Origin: Blasia pusilla
Taxonomy: Eukaryota
Assembly (NCBI GenBank): GCA_050084515.1
Contig: CM114271.1
Span: 5,394,001-5,458,000, forward strand
Direction: 5' to 3'
DNA length: 64,000 nucleotides
A model generated the notes under the pieces. The model worked only from the letters and a program-made list of their open reading frames with translations, had not been told where the DNA came from and made no database searches. A program made the position numbers and the translations under genes. Shown here piece by piece: positions 63,300 through 64,000 of this stretch. The number at the start of each line of letters is the position of its first letter. The stretch's first letter is position 1.

Positions 63300-64000
63300 G
63301 TGCAAGGAAGTTCCCAAGGAACTTCCAAAGATCATAGCTCTATCGAGACCATCAAACAAGAGGGAAGAGAATAGTACGTTGGACAACAATGCATCCTTAT
63401 CTGCAAAAAACCGAGAAGCTTGGAAAGGAAGTTTGGTATAGGATGTAGGATTGGATCACCTTTGATTCTTCCACAAGAGGAATTCATTGTAAGATATGTT
63501 GGGAAGGAAAAGACAAGAGTGCCTTTGGCAAGGATGGTGCCATCAATTGTTAGGTCTCCGCCTTCACAGATCATGCAAAGTCAAACAACCATGTAAAGCT
63601 AGCTTGGGCAGCTAACAAAGGTAAAAAAATCCATGGCCAAGGCCATTGCTATATCCAATCAAACCTATGACGCTATGAGGCTGTGAGGTAGCTCTCCTTA
63701 CTTTATTTTGATGTGCATATTTTCTTGCTAAGGAGGCCATGGCTTTCTCAAAGTTAACAAATATTTGTAAGTTGATGCTTTTCTGAAAATGCACCTATTA
63801 TTGGAGATCTCTACCAAGATCAAAAAAGTTGAAGTGAAATTTGTTGTTGCTTTTGGATCTGACAGAGCCTCCTCAATGGTCGGGAGCCAAAATGGGATGG
63901 CTTCACAATTGAAGCAAAAGGTAAATACGTTCATTCTTTGTGTGCATTTTGCCGATCATAGGAAAAACCTTGTAGCTCTCACAACTGCTAAAGAAACTAA
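63300..64000 (+). mobile_element. Decayed hAT-family (ZNF862-like) transposase, running off the window
   Basis: Zinc-finger-like IHCKIC...DHAKSNNH and VAFGSDRASSMVGSQNG...VHFADHRKNL (cf. SDGAxxMxG...HCxAHRLNL). Confidence 0.7.

Overview
Eukaryotic, intron-containing land-plant DNA, probably a bryophyte-grade genome (inference from the protein sequences and the transposon types). Six host genes can be modelled, four of them spliced with GT-AG boundaries: a CCoAOMT-family O-methyltransferase (-), plastid RPL12 (+), tRNA isopentenyltransferase IPT9 (-), an intronless BTB protein (-), NOB1 (+) and HSP101 (-). Decayed copia, CRE-like, LINE, hAT and mini-Helitron remnants lie between and within them. 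The highlight is a 10.2-kb degenerate Ty3/gypsy-type element (144-10380). Its Pol carries a complete DNMT3-like C5 cytosine methyltransferase between protease and RT, and a PHD finger after the DDE integrase. Its ends are not ordinary LTRs: they form split direct repeats A1-[ORFs]-PPT-B1-nn-A2-B2, with no visible tRNA PBS. A second, sequence-divergent element end at 46330-48083 has the same PPT-B1-nn-A-B2 layout, which suggests a family-level design. Also notable is a chimeric BTB + USP7/UBP12 C-terminal UBL protein. All calls were made by eye, with no database searches.
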